From Hormiphora californensis (taxonomy: Eukaryota > Animalia > Ctenophora), in contig CM035357.1 in assembly GCA_020137815.1 (NCBI GenBank), positions 2,418,001 through 2,482,000 of the forward strand: a DNA stretch of 64,000 nucleotides, written 5' to 3'. The notes beneath the pieces are model-generated. The model ran no database searches and had not been told where the DNA came from. It worked only from the letters and a program-made list of their open reading frames with translations. The translations under genes and the position numbers were made by a program. Position 1 is the first letter of the stretch, and each line of letters opens with the position of its first letter. Below, one piece after another: positions 37,950 to 58,550 of this stretch.

Positions 37950-38506
37950 GGGCAAATTTTGATTTGCCGCAGACGCCGTCCAGACGCCATCTACATTCTA
38001 CACTACACGCCGTCCAGACGTCGTCTAAACGGGTTTTCCGTCTGGACGGCGTGTAGACGGCGTCAGAAAGAGTCAGACGGGCTTGAAACGGACGTTTTAA
38101 ACGGGCGTCTGAAACGGTCTCTACCCGTTTAGACGGAATTGGTCGAAATTGCAGATGGAAACCGAACCCGTCTCACGCACGTCTGAACGTCACCAATAGA
38201 AACTCCGTCTCCAGCCCGTATAATGGATCAGACAACGTCTGGAGCAACCGTCAGACGTGTTTGAGACGTGTTTGGTTTCTGAGGTTCCATCTGATTTCAG
38301 ACGTTGCATGCGTCTGATTTCGTCCAATTCCGTCTAACTTCGTTAAGACGGGTAGAGACAGTTTCAGACGGCCGTTTTTCAAGCCCGCCTGGGCGCCTGA
38401 CTCCGTCTGACACCGCGTCTACACGCCTTTCAGACGCCGTCCAGACGAAAAACCCGTCTAGACGTGTACCGTCTGGACGACGTCTGCGGCAAATCAAAAT
38501 TTTCCC
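37950..38506. mobile_element. Foldback element with CAGACG/CGTCTG subrepeats
   Basis: AAATTTTGATTTGCCGCAGACG.. / ..CGTCTGCGGCAAATCAAAATTT inverted ends. Confidence 0.8.
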
Positions 38507-39923
38507 ACTGCAAACACCACTGTAAGATTAACCCGGGCAGCTGAGTCTGACGCCGGACGCCACTATCAGTATCACTGATAGTGCTGCAGTGTCCCACTCT
38601 GCAACTCCGAGTCCCAATTTGTACCGTACAAACTCCAAGGGAGGAGACACACTGTGACTGAAGTTGTTCGCGCGCGATGACATATGAGATCTCAACTGAA
38701 GTTCGAAGTTTCGCGGAAGTCAACTATTGTTGACTGAGAAATCATTTTCAAGAGGGTAATTTCTTCAAGCTGGTAGTGGTACATCTCTCGATCTCGATGT
38801 GTCCTTTAACTTCAGTGTAACTCCTCCCTAATATTTAAAGTTAAAAACGTTTCCTTGCAATGAAAAATAAATATTCATTCACAGTTACACAATATGCAAT
38901 ACAATATATCTCTCAAAACTTATTTCTTCGTATTTCAAATGTAATTTTATGTAATCAATATCAATCACTACAAGTGCATTGCAGAGATATTGACTTGGAG
39001 ATTCACTCCACTACCGTCGGTTCGGGTCGGTTAGAATCTATAGTCGAATTTTTTATTTAAGCGACAGGCCACCGTACACTCAATCATTAACTATAATTGG
39101 TCATATGTATCTCCGGTTTCTAATAAGATAAAGACTTGATCCTGGTTGCGTTGGAAAGATGAAATTTTTATCTTTCCAATAGCACCGGAATAGTCTCTAT
39201 CTTATCAGGAACCGGCGCAGCGGCCTTTCGCTTAGATAAAAAAATTAGATTTTAACTTAGATTTTCTCAATTCTCAATTTCAAAATGAAAATCTAGAGAC
39301 GGAGATCAAGATGTCACTATAATAAAATGTTCTAAAGAATTAGTTACATCATCATAATCATGTAACTAATTCTTTAGAACATTTTATAACACAACTGGCG
39401 AGTTAGCGAGTGACAGCATGACATTATGACAAATTTGATCATTTTAATAGAAGTTTTATCTAAGCATTCAGTATTTTATTATTGCATATTTCATTTGAAT
39501 TGCATATATTATCCAATCAATTCTATCTGATAACACGAATAATCTGACAATGGTTCTATCGACGAGGGCCGCACAATTAATGCCCCAATGTACTGCAGCT
39601 CTATACACCTGTCAGAGCATGATTGGCCTGACCCTATTCGCGAGAACTGTGGTCAGAGCATTGACCTGACAAATATATACTTGCTCCAGTTGTGTATTGT
39701 AATTTGTAAGCACTCAGTTCGCTGCCCGACAGAAAATATAGTTACTATGAATATCTCTCTGACATACTTTGACATAATCTGACTGTCTCTCTGACTGTCT
39801 CTCTGAATACTCTGACTGTCTCTCTGATATACTCCGACTGTCTCTATGACTGTCTCTCTGCTCTATCACATTAAAGTTCACAGCAGGATTATATCTCTCA
39901 CTCTCATTATTTCAGCTGATAGC

Positions 39924-47196
<7,273 letters not shown>

Positions 47197-47209
47197 CTGG
47201 GAGAGAGAG

Positions 47210-47296
<87 letters not shown>

Positions 47297-48080
47297 TTGA
47301 AAACGGAAAGACGTCGAAGCTTTTGCTTATACATATAATTGTTCGTCATCCGTTTAATTGCAGCCACATATTTATACATGTTCCTTTAGTTATTTAAAAA
47401 CAATTACACATGTAATTCATATAGTAGCTATTCTTCTCTCTCCTTCTTGAATGTCTAACTATCTGACTATCTCATTTTGTCCCGTACACTCCCTCCCACG
47501 CGCCCTCATGACTTATTATCTTATTGTAATTTCCCATGTGTATATAATGAGTTTGCACGGCTGAATATTCAATTAAGTGCAGCGGCTTACCCGACGGTAT
47601 AGCTACTAGCAAATTAGATTAATAGAGCTTTTATTGGAATTTATTTCACTATTCTGCTGTAGTAATTTATAGACCCGCTAAAATGATCCATATTGCAACA
47701 GCTGTTCCAATCTTTTAATGACTATACTGATCGAGTTCATTACAGCACAACCTGCATACTCCCACATACCTTCCACATACCTCCCACACACCTCCCACAT
47801 ACATGTTTCCCGTTATCTACTTTTTCTCTTTTAATAACTTCATGATACTCATGATAGTATCTATATATTTCTGTTAACAACAACCTGTACTATTATTACA
47901 ACTCGAGGTCTCCCGGGTTATCTATAACTTATCGCGACCTTTTACAAAAATCAAAAGAAAACGATAGCGCACTGCTGCAGTATCGCCGTCTAGCAAACAT
48001 TGGATTATCGTGACCTTTTAGGTAGTTATAAACCACCCCCCTGCTGATATTTCCCGCATTCTACTTATATGGTATATCAG

Positions 48081-48520
48081 ACTAGATCCAAAAACCAAAC
48101 AAGTTTGGTGGATAGCCGGGGCCGCAGAAATTTAAAAACATGCGAAAGTTTTGATACATGAACTTTCGGGGCCTGGGGTGCTGTTAAATTCGCGTTTCCA
48201 TGATTATAACCAGCAACATTTTCAAAAATATACGCCAGGAAAACTATCGCAATGATTGCAAGTTATCACTATTTTTGATTCCACATTATCATACAAATAG
48301 CTCCACATGCATATCACGTATAATATACTGCACGCAGTGGATCGTTTCAGAGTCTGTTTTACAGAATAATAGTGTGTTTTGAAAGAACGGCTGACTATCA
48401 TGGAAACGCGAATTTAACAGCACCCCAGGCCCCGAAAGTTCATGTATCAAAACTTTCGCACGTTTTTAAATTTCTGCGGCCCCGGCTATCCACCAAACTT
48501 GTTTGGTTTTTGGATCTAGT
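48081..48520. mobile_element. MITE with ~125-bp TIRs, apparent 5-bp TSD ATCAG
   Basis: ACTAGATCCAAAAACCAAACAAGTTTGGTGG.. / ..CCACCAAACTTGTTTGGTTTTTGGATCTAGT. Confidence 0.85.
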
Positions 48521-51385
48521 ATCAGGCATTTTGTTATACTAGATGACATGCAGATTGTATTAAAAAATGCACATGTCATCTAGTATCTTGGATATCAATT
48601 GCGAATAACGAATATGGTAGTAATCGCAGACAACCAATCGCAGATAACTGATCACGAATCCGTTATAAGTTATCGCGATTAATTATCGCGATTAGCTATC
48701 GCGATTAGCTATCGCGATTAGCTATATTTGCGATTAGCTATCCGCATTGGTAACTATCATATTACTCATTCGCGATGAGTTGTCGTGGTTAGTTATCCGC
48801 GATTACTATTATTTATTATGTAGTTATCAGTGATTGATATCCGCGATTGGTTCTCAACGATTATTCTCTGATTTTGATTATTAGTTACGGATAACGATCA
48901 CGGATAAGCATTGATAATCAAATATATCTGTTACAATCAGGTTCTAGATGCTAATTCGCTCTTTTCTCGTTTTTTTTAAATCGTCTTATATTTAAGACAG
49001 TCATAACTCTAGATATGACTACCTATTATAACTGAAAATGCGGCAGTAAACCTTATTTTATAAAATAAATCTGATTCAATATTAATTTAGACTCTGAAAC
49101 GCTTCTTTCTAGGCGTTTTTAAAATCGTCTTAAATTTAAAACAGTCATAAATCTAGATATGACTTCCAATTATATCTGAAAATACTGCAGTTGACCTACG
49201 TTGGCAAAATATATGTGATAAAATCATGATTTATAGTTTAATTTGCTCTTTTCTAGTTTTTTTTGAAAATCGTCTTAAATCTTAATACAGTCAGATGCCC
49301 ATAACTGACGAACCGCAACTCGGATTTGCTTGAAATTTTGAACGTGTGTTCAAGATGTCAAGGCAACACAACGTACGAAGCGGCGTGTTCGTAAAACGAC
49401 GGGAAGGTTGTCTAAGACGCCAACGAAAACTTAAGACAGTCATAACTTTTGTTATGACTGTCCGTTTTCTCTGTCCAAGCTTTAATACAAGGTACACCAC
49501 TAGACCTACCGACTCCCAAAGTTTCATGGTGATAGCTTTAAAACTGTGGCCTCTATTGTGTACGCAAAATTGTCGTTACTTTACGGTCGTTAGTCACGCT
49601 AAAAGCGGCCCTTTTGTCTAAAACACGACCATCTGTAGCGCAAAAACCGTAACTCCGATTTGCATGAAATTTTGAACGTGTGCTCTAGGTGTCAAGGCAA
49701 CACGAACTACCAAGCGGCATGTTCGTAGTACAACGGGAAGGTTGGCTAAAAAAAGGTTGAAATTGCCGATTTCAGACAATAAGTATAGTAGCGCTGTCAC
49801 AATTTTCAAAAATTTTCAAAAATTTTTTTTTTCGCAATTTCGATTTTCTTTTTACTGGGAGTAAAGATGCTTGTTGGAGGGAAATTTTGGGGGAAATGAT
49901 GGTTGGGGGAAGGGAGGATTGGGCCCCGGGCGCTTGCCAGCGCTATGATAATTCCCTCCCGCTGTTGTCAGTGCCCATTCACACCTTTCATAATTTCCGG
50001 GGTCGGTTTATAACAAATAACCACGGCTAGTAAAGTGATGAAATTTGATAATCCCCTACGGGGATTATAACACGATATTCCCCTCGTCGTTTCACTCCTC
50101 GTGGATATCTATTTGATATACCAGCCTGACAGGCTGGTATATCAAATTTCATCCCTCCACTAGCCGGGGTTATCTATATTATATGTATGATCAATTGCTA
50201 AGGTGTCAGTTGTCAGGCCAATGCTCTGACAGTGTGTCAGACGGATCTACCATCACTCATCAATGCTGATTAAAGGGATACACCGAACTACGTCGACTTT
50301 TTACCCACCCACGACTTTTTACCCACCCAATTCTACATAGGTGGGGCAGCAATTAACAACAGTGAAAACGCATTCTTTAATGTATACTGATGAATGATGG
50401 TAGAACTGTCTTGCATTTTAGTATCTATGAAATATTGCACTAGAGCTCACACTGCATTTAATTTCATATTGAACAATTTTGAGCGGCCATTTAATTTTTC
50501 ATAATGCACCGCTTGCAGTGCTTTACCAAGAATTGAAGACTTTCTAGACACATGAATCTTGAATCTTGAATCTTTTGAATCTATTTAACATGTTTATACT
50601 GTGGGCGTGTATCTAGCGGTCTCGTGCTTTTAATATAATTTTCAGCCATCATTTAATCATACAATAGGATTCGGCAGAGCACTATGATGTGTTATAATCA
50701 CCGTGCCCTATTAAATATATTAACACATCACTTACTGTCAGCAGTGTTCGGATCTAATCCTTGTTCCAAGGCCCAATGCAGACACTCCACACTACCATTT
50801 AGTGCCGCCTGAAAATGATGGAGAATAATTGATATAATGAACATTTCCTGAAAATGATTTCCTGTTCTGCAGCTTCGTTACAATTTTAGTATGAGAATGG
50901 TCATGAAAACACGATGAAAAAGTTGTGAAGTGATACAAATCATGATTACTATTCCCATTTCGGTGAGCTTGTGAGTGAGACAGAGAGTAAAGAGAGTAAG
51001 AATCATTGAAGTAATGCACTTCCGTGCATGCTTTGATTTATTTCTGTGCTACATCAGTAATTTTTACCAGGGTTAATCCAATTAAACAGTTCATGTGTGT
51101 TCATTTGACATATTGGTCCAATGATACGAATTTATAGACTTGGTAGGCATTATAATTTGAAAATTGTCGAATCTTTCTATTTTAAACTTGTATGCTGTTT
51201 TGTTGAATCTATTGTTAAAAGTTGTATGCTATTTATAACTTGATAACTTTAGTTAGTTTACTGTTTAACGACCCAAGACAAAGAATTATTTGTATTAGAA
51301 AACTCGAAGTCTATCGATAAATGTCAGAAAGTGACTTACTGTCTATCCAATAAACAGTTTTATAGAGGTATGCTATCAGTAAAAC

Positions 51386-52638
51386 TTCTCGTCTTACAAC
51401 TTATCGTTTTGCATCGAATTTCGTCTTCTTGTTTTTAACAGTACCACAGCAAATGGCTTATACCTTGTAGCTTTTATACAAAACAGCAAAAAATGGAGAT
51501 CGACAAAAACTGGTACGATGAATGGACACAAAAAGTGAAGAGGCTACCAGTCACCATGAACAACGTTCTGGGGAGAGAATGGGAGGCCGACCAGAAGAAC
51601 GGATGGAAGGACGCCACTTGGCAGATAATGCGAGGTGAAAACTGGGATGCTTTGATTGAACTAATGGAAAATACGGTTAAAATGTACAAACTGCTGAACG
51701 TTGCCGATGATATCTTCGCCAAGTCCACTACAAATGAATCTGTCAAGCAAACAGCTGTGGACAGACTAAGTGCAGACAAGGAGACCGCAGATTGCGAGGA
51801 AACGTTGGCGGATATGGAATCGGTCGGTAATGCATCTGAGTCACTATCCTGGATGCTTGATCACAAATTGGAATTAGATGATTATGCATCTGGCCCTGGG
51901 TCACTATCAATGTCTAGTGAAATTGCTTCCTATAAAGAGGAAAAAACGGGACCCACTGACAAGCGGCAGAATGTTATCGTGTTTTTACCTGCAGACATGG
52001 ATGGCTCTATTCAGGATGAGGCGATTGAAAAAGCTTTTGCATACCTTGGGTGTGAACAATTTAGTATAATGAACACGGAAATAGTCAGGGACAGAGGTGA
52101 GGACTGCAACGGGAAAATTGTACTTAGAGTACAAATGAACACAGTAAAACAAGCATCAAAAGCCCTTGCTAATGCGTACAAACTGAAGAACTACCCTGTG
52201 CCTGGAATCTACATTGCCAAGGATATGACATACCATCAACGGCTAAAGATGCGAGAACTTGTGAAGACTCTACGGTACAGGATAGAAATGCTACCAAAGT
52301 ACCGATGGAAAATTGTTGATTGGGAAGTGGTTAACGTTGGTCGTTTCAAGAAACAAGGGCAAGATTTCAAGCATGATTTGATGAACAGTTATAGTGGTTC
52401 ACTGGATAGTATTTCTAATGGACCACTATAGTCAGTGGTGAAGTTTTTTGAGACAAATATGGAGTAATACGAGAAGTCAATAAAACTGAGTTCAAAGGGT
52501 GTCCTGCCTAATGCAGACACCTACGATATAAACATTTTGAAATTACTGTAGTGGGACATGGAAGTGAGTATAGACATTATTTGCGTAGAGTACATGTCGA
52601 GTTGGCCGTGTGGCCAAAATCTTTATTATTATTATTAT
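51386..52638 (+). mobile_element. ORF1-only non-LTR retroposon (HAL1-like organisation)
   Basis: Absent from the paralogous site (single TAAAAC at 57453-57458); flanked by TAAAAC TSD; 3' stem-loop TTGGCC-GTGT-GGCCAA then (ATT)n tail; one intact ORF, no RT. Confidence 0.75.
51493..52431 (+). CDS. 312-aa protein with LINE ORF1-like (RRM/CTD-type) C-terminal half
   Basis: Intronless ATG..TAG; KRQNVIVF..IVLRVQM..A..ALANAYKLK..GIYIAKDMT..QR..MRELVK.LR..WKI resembles CR1/L2-group ORF1 C-termini (recognised by eye). Confidence 0.65.
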   Translation: MEIDKNWYDEWTQKVKRLPVTMNNVLGREWEADQKNGWKDATWQIMRGENWDALIELMENTVKMYKLLNVADDIFAKSTTNESVKQTAVDRLSADKETADCEETLADMESVGNASESLSWMLDHKLELDDYASGPGSLSMSSEIASYKEEKTGPTDKRQNVIVFLPADMDGSIQDEAIEKAFAYLGCEQFSIMNTEIVRDRGEDCNGKIVLRVQMNTVKQASKALANAYKLKNYPVPGIYIAKDMTYHQRLKMRELVKTLRYRIEMLPKYRWKIVDWEVVNVGRFKKQGQDFKHDLMNSYSGSLDSISNGPL

Positions 52639-53106
52639 TAAAACAGAATAAATTATTCTTTTAACAAATTTATTCGTCAATGCTATATACATACTTTGTT
52701 TTATGAAGGAGAGTATCATTTTTTCACCTGGATGCCTTTTGCAAAAAGGCATACGGGGTTTAGAAATCTAAACGGATATAGCAAGTCAGCTCTCTTGTCC
52801 CGTTTCAGGTTGCGAGGGGCAACATGTAGCAACTAGAGCAGCGCACACAACAACAACCTGCTCCTTCATAAACCACTTCATTGACACGTTTTCAGGAAAT
52901 GTGTGGCGCGCAATTCCGCAATGTGGCACGCAATTTAGTGCTACTAAAACACAAGGATTTGTTCTATACTGTTTGAGTGATTTATAAATCATCCGAAATG
53001 TCTATCCCGCGACCCGCCTTCGTGTTAGAAATGAAACGTTGGCGGGGAAACATAGCATTATGAAACATAATGCATTTATTCTTGTTTGGAAAAACAATTA
53101 AAAATA

Positions 53107-53278
53107 CAGTCGGACCCCGATTTAACGGCCCCCGATTTAACGGCACCCCGATTTAACGGCAGGGTAATTTTCCCCCGATACAGGAAATTAACAGTATTTG
53201 ACCCCTATTTAGCGGACACCCCGATTTAACGGAAAAAACCCTTTCCCCCAAGGGTGCCGTTAAATTGGGGTCCGACTG
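53107..53278. mobile_element. CAGTCGGACC MITE (TA TSD)
   Basis: TA|CAGTCGGACCCCGATTTA..GGGGTCCGACTG|TA. Confidence 0.9.
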
Positions 53279-54560
53279 TATAATGTATATACACAATGGG
53301 TATTTTACAATGAAGTCCGATTTTGGGGGGGTCTTCTGAGAGACATTTTGCTCCTACTTCAACCGTTTTTGCTGTAATTGCGAAAAACAAAAACCCATCT
53401 TCGCCATCGTGGATTTTTTGTGATTTTGTTTTTGGTGATTATAGGGACCCATATGGACCAAATAGTGAAGGAATTAGATTGTTACACATTTTTCCATAGT
53501 TTCGGTCCTTTCTTAGCCAAAATTCCCTAATTACAGGATATTGGAGTTTAGCTTTTGCCCTTTTCATAGAATTTGTTTTTCGCAATTACAGCAAAAACGG
53601 TTGAAGTAGGAGCAAAATGTCTCTCAGAAGACCCCCCCAAAATCGGACCTTCTGAATCGTTTAAGCATAGTCTCAGGTCTCTACGATCAGCCGTTTTTGA
53701 GATACAGGGAATTTATTTATTTCTGAAATGACGGCTTTCACAAAAAAAACTCTGTACAGCTTATCTCAAATAAGGACACGCCCAAAATTTATGGCCACTT
53801 AGATAATCGTTAGACGCAACTTTTCACCAATTTACAGCTTTCACATGTTTTCGGAACTTTGCCAAATAGGGCGTTAAAGTGGAAAAAAAGAAATCCATCT
53901 CAGGACCGGAAATCAGCTCGGATTGCAAAAAAAAATTTTGTGGTTATTCACCTTCATGTCCTCTTCAAATCCCCAAATTTTCATGCTCCTATCTTTACAA
54001 ATGTATTTTTAAGATGCCAAAAACTTATTTTCAGTTCATTTTTCAAGCAGCTGTAGCAAAAATATGAATTCGACTTGAGAGCTCAAATTGCATATTTGAG
54101 GTCTCCTTGGCATGGCCTACAACCCTACGGTGAGAGATTTCCCTGCACCCGAAAAAAATTTTTGGTTAGCGTACCCTTAAAGAGTCGCTGAAAAAATTTT
54201 TGAGATTCGTGCTCCTTCATAAAATTTTTCATCCCGGCCAATTTGAAATTCTAAAATCGGCTACAGATGAGATACAGAGGTCCATAGGGTGTGTAAAATG
54301 TGCAGAATGGCCGGGTTTATATAAGTGTTATGAAGAAACATAGGGTCTAAGATGAGCGGTTTTCGAGTTATGAGGCAAAATAGCTACGAAATCTCAATTG
54401 TTTGCATTCCATTTGAGACCGATAGGGTCACTGGTGACCCCACAGAAACAAAGTTCGTAGAGACGAGTTTTTTGGTTCTGCTTTCAAGTAGGCTTGTTAG
54501 GAGTGTCTCCAGCAATTTTCAGATATTTCTGTCGATGGCGCCACTATCGGTCCCAAAGGG

Positions 54561-55890
54561 TTAATTACATGTAATTACCCTTTAATTACATGTAATTACT
54601 TCCAATTACATTCCAATTACTTCAGCACCTCGAGAGCTTTCGAACGCACCCTAGAACACCTTTCTACTCCTTCTAATTGCCGAGTTCTGTATACCCCTTA
54701 TTTTGACTGTTTTTCGCGTCCTACCCCTTATAGGTTTGGGTATGGCCATCGCCACACCCCCTATACGTCGCGGGACCTCGAGACCTTTCCAACGAGCCAT
54801 AAAACACCTCTCTACTACTTCAGGGGGCTTCAAAACTTTCACTCTAAAAATATCTATGGTTATGGTTTATGGTTTACCTCGACCAAAACGCGGAGTTTTT
54901 ACGTCAGCCGACCCGAAACCGGATTAAATTTGGCCACCCGCTGGTCTCAGGGCCTCAAAATATGTCAAAATATGTCTGAATTGTCATTTGGGGTCATTTA
55001 GACCTTTTAATTACATGTAATTACCCTTTAATTACATGTAATTACCCTTTAATTACATGTAATTACTTCCAATTACATTCCAATTACTTCAGCACCTCGA
55101 GAGCTTTCGAACGCACCCTAGAACACCTTTCTACTCCTTCTAATTGCCGAGTTCTGTATACCCCTTATTTTGACTGTTTTTCGCGTCCTACCCCTTATAG
55201 GTTTGGGTATGGCCATCGCCACACCCCCTATACGTCGCGGGACCTCGAGACCTTTCCAACGAGCCATAGAACACCTCTCTACTACTTCAGGGGGCTTCAA
55301 AACTTTCACTCTAAAAATATCTATGGTTTTATGGTTTATGGTTTTATGGTTTTATGGTTTTTTTTCATCTGGTATTAAGGGCCTGTCGGCTCGGCCCCGT
55401 TGTTTTAGTTTTAGGGGGGATGTTTTAGGGGGGATGGATTGAGTTTGGGTTATATTCGGGTCGGGGGGCCTTGCCAGGCCCCGAATGGTTTTTTTTTCAT
55501 CTGGTATTAAGGGCCTGTCGGCTCGGCCCCGTTGTTTTAGTTGTAGGGGGGATGTTTTAGGGGGGATGGGTTGAGTTTGGGTTATATTCGGGTCGGGGGG
55601 CCTTGCCAGGCCCCGAATGGTTTTTTTTCATCTGGTATTAAGGGCCTGTCGGCTCGGCCCCGTTGTTTTAGTTTTAGGGGGGATGTTTTAGGGGGGATGG
55701 GTTGAGTTTGGGTTATATTCGGGTCGGGGGGCCTTGCCAGGCCCCGAATGGTTTTATGGTTTTTTTTTCATCTGGTATTAAGGGCCTGTCGGCTCGGCCC
55801 CGTTGTTTTAGTTTTAGGGGGGATGTTTTAGGGGGGATGGGTTGAGTTTGGGTTATATTCGGGTCGGGGGGCCTTACCAGGCCCCGAATG
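54561..55890. repeat. Composite tandem repeats: 467-bp duplication followed by four ~130-bp units
   Basis: ORFs 54651 and 55118 are near-identical at 467-bp offset; TCTGGTATTAAGGGCCTGTCGGCTCGGCCCC recurs four times in 55355-55890. Confidence 0.85.
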
Positions 55891-56937
55891 ATCAATTGCT
55901 AAGGTGTCAGTTGTCAGGCCAATGCTCTGACAGTGTGTCAGACAGATCTACCATCACTCATCAGTGCTGATTAAAGGGATACACCGAACTACGTCGACTT
56001 TTTACTCACCCACGACTTTTTACCCACCCAATTCTACATAGGTGGGGCAGCAATTAACAACAGTGAAAACGCATTCTTTAATGTACTGATGAATGATGGT
56101 AGAACTGTCTTGCATTTTAGTATCTATGAAATATGCACTAAAGCTCACACTGCATTTTATTTCATATTGAACAATTTGAGCGGCCATTTAATTTTTCATA
56201 ATGCACCGCTTGAAGTGCTTTACCAAGAATTGAAGACTTTCTAGACACATGAATCTTGAATCTTGAATCTATTAAACATGTTTATACTGTGGGCGTGTGT
56301 CTAGCGGTCTCATGCTTTTAAAATAATTTTCAGCCATCATTTAATCATACAATAGGATTCGGCAGAGCACTATATGATGTGTTATAATCACCGTGCCCTA
56401 TTAAATATATTAACACATCACTTACTGTCAGCAGTGTTCGGATCTAATCCTTGTTCCAGGGCCCAATGCAGACACTCCACACTACCATTTAGTGCCGCCT
56501 GAAAATGATGGAATATAATTGATAATGAACATTTCCTGAAAATGATTTCCTGTTCTGCAACATCGTTACAATTTTAGCATAAGAATGGTCACGAAAACAC
56601 GATGAATAAGTTGTGAAGTGATATATTAATAATACAAATCATGATTACTATTCCCATTTCGGTGCGCTTGTGAGAGAGTGAGACAGAGAGTAAAGAGAGT
56701 AAGAACCATTGAAGTAATGCACTTCCGTGCATGCTTTGATTTAGTTGTGTGCTCCATCAGTAATTTTTAACAATTTTACCAGGGTTAATCCAATTAAACA
56801 GTTCATGTATAAGTTCATTTGACAAATTGGTCCAATGATACGAATTTATAGACTTGGTAGGTATGTATTATAATTTGAAAATTCTCGAATCTTTCTTTTA
56901 AACTTGTATGCTGTTTTGTTGAATCTATTGTTAAAAG

Positions 56938-57282
56938 ATTATTCAGAATAAAGCGATCTGAGCAAGAATTAAATAGGGAAGAAAATCGAAAAATACTGGG
57001 TTCGACCGGGAATTGAACCAGGGACCTCCAGAGAGACGCGCTCGATGCTCTACCACTGAGCTACCGAACCCCTGTACAGATCGCATTTCTTCACACTATA
57101 TTCAAGCACATGCCCTTAGCTAGACACCATGTGATAGAGGAAGTAATTTTGATATCTCCTTCTGGTGATCAACACACACACACGCCCTCCGTACAACGGT
57201 TATATATAACCTATATAACCGTTGTACGGAGGGCGTGTGTGTGTGTGTTGATCACCAGAAGGAGATATCAAAATTACTTCCC
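56938..57282. mobile_element. 345-bp insertion: tRNA-like module plus long hairpin, 13-bp TSD
   Basis: TSD CTATTGTTAAAAG (56925-56937, 57283-57295); empty site near 51209-51221. Confidence 0.8.
56997..57071 (-). pseudogene. tRNA-like sequence (intact acceptor, D and T arms; aberrant anticodon arm)
   Basis: GGGTTCG/CGAACCC acceptor stem, TAGCTCAGTGGTAGAGC A-box, GGTTCAATTCC B-box; anticodon loop CGCGTCT lacks U33 and its stem is mismatched. Confidence 0.7.
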
Positions 57283-58359
57283 CTATTGTTAAAAGTTGTA
57301 TGCTATTTATAACTTGATAGGTAGGTCGTTTGCTGTTTAGCGACCCAAGACAAAGAATTATTCGATTAGAAAAGTCTATCGATAAATGTCAGAAAGTGAC
57401 TTACTGTCTATCCAATAAACAGTTTTATAAAGGTATACGACATACGTATCAGTAAAACAGAATATATCATTCTTTGTTTTAACAAATTTATTCGTCAATG
57501 TTATATTATATACATATATTATATACATGTACTTGGTTTTATGAAGAAAATAAGAAGAAAATAGACGACAAATACTCAATTTACTCGATATAATACTTAC
57601 AAGATGTGCGATGTTTCTTCCAGTGTTATCGTTCAATAGCAGTAGGTTAATACGGGCCTGTAGAAGAGGTTAAAAATTAATATTCTTAGATTTGGAATTG
57701 GAGCTCGACTCCCGAAACTCCACGACTTTTGCCCATTACGAGGTGTATTTACTAATTTGTTAACTAACAAATTAGTACAGGAATACCGATTGCCCTTTTT
57801 CCATTGCCTGTTTCATGCACGTATAGGAACAATATAACCATTGCCTTGTTCCCTAGTGTCCCACCACCTATAATTCACATTCCACAACATTTCTCACTCA
57901 CACCGCCATGTTTATTTTCTAACTTCCAAGCCTCATAACCAGCTTGTGGGATTTTTTGGATTTCTTCGCTGGGTAGGTTTTCGTGTGATTTTTCACTATG
58001 CATTGTTATCCTATCTCTCATTTCCCTCTCACCATCTACATGATACTTTTCTGCTCGAATATGACACATAACATATATATCTGAGAGTTCATTATATTAA
58101 TTTTATTCATCGTGGGCTGTAAAATGACTGGAGCACAGATATTGGGCCACAAAAGATGCAGCATTTATCTTGTTACTCAACAACCTAAAAGTGCTAAGTA
58201 ACCAGCTTTTTGCGAGATATAGCTTTATACATATATCGCTTAAATTATGTGATATTAGTAGATAGAATAGAGAATACAATCTCTGTTAAGTGATATTATC
58301 ATGACGTGATATCATAATATGATATCACATAATAAGCGACATAACTATCGCTTTATATA

Positions 58360-58394
<35 letters not shown>

Positions 58395-58397
<3 letters not shown>

Positions 58398-58550
58398 TCG
58401 GACCCCGATTTAGGGACACCCTCGGGGGAAGGCTCTTGTCCACTAAATCGGGGTGTCCACTAAATCGGGGTGAGATAAGGTTAATTTCCTATATCGGGGG
58501 AAAAAAATCCTGTCCCTAAATCGGGGTGCCACTAAATCGGGGTCCGACTG
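58395..58550. mobile_element. CAGTCGGACC MITE inserted in (TA)n
   Basis: Same TIRs, TA flanks. Confidence 0.9.

Larger units (their letters stand above)
50188..52710 (+). repeat. Copy 1 of a ~1.3-kb direct duplication (interrupted by the ORF1-only insertion)
   Basis: Starts ATGATCAATTGCTAAGGTGTCAG; colinear with 55888-57547. Confidence 0.9.
55888..57547 (+). repeat. Copy 2 of the ~1.3-kb duplication (interrupted by the hairpin-tRNA insertion)
   Basis: Colinear with 50188-52710 apart from the two insertions and small indels. Confidence 0.9.

Noticed and set aside
56997-57071. Functional tRNA-Thr(CGT)
   Set aside because: Anticodon arm non-canonical, and the sequence lies within a TSD-flanked insertion
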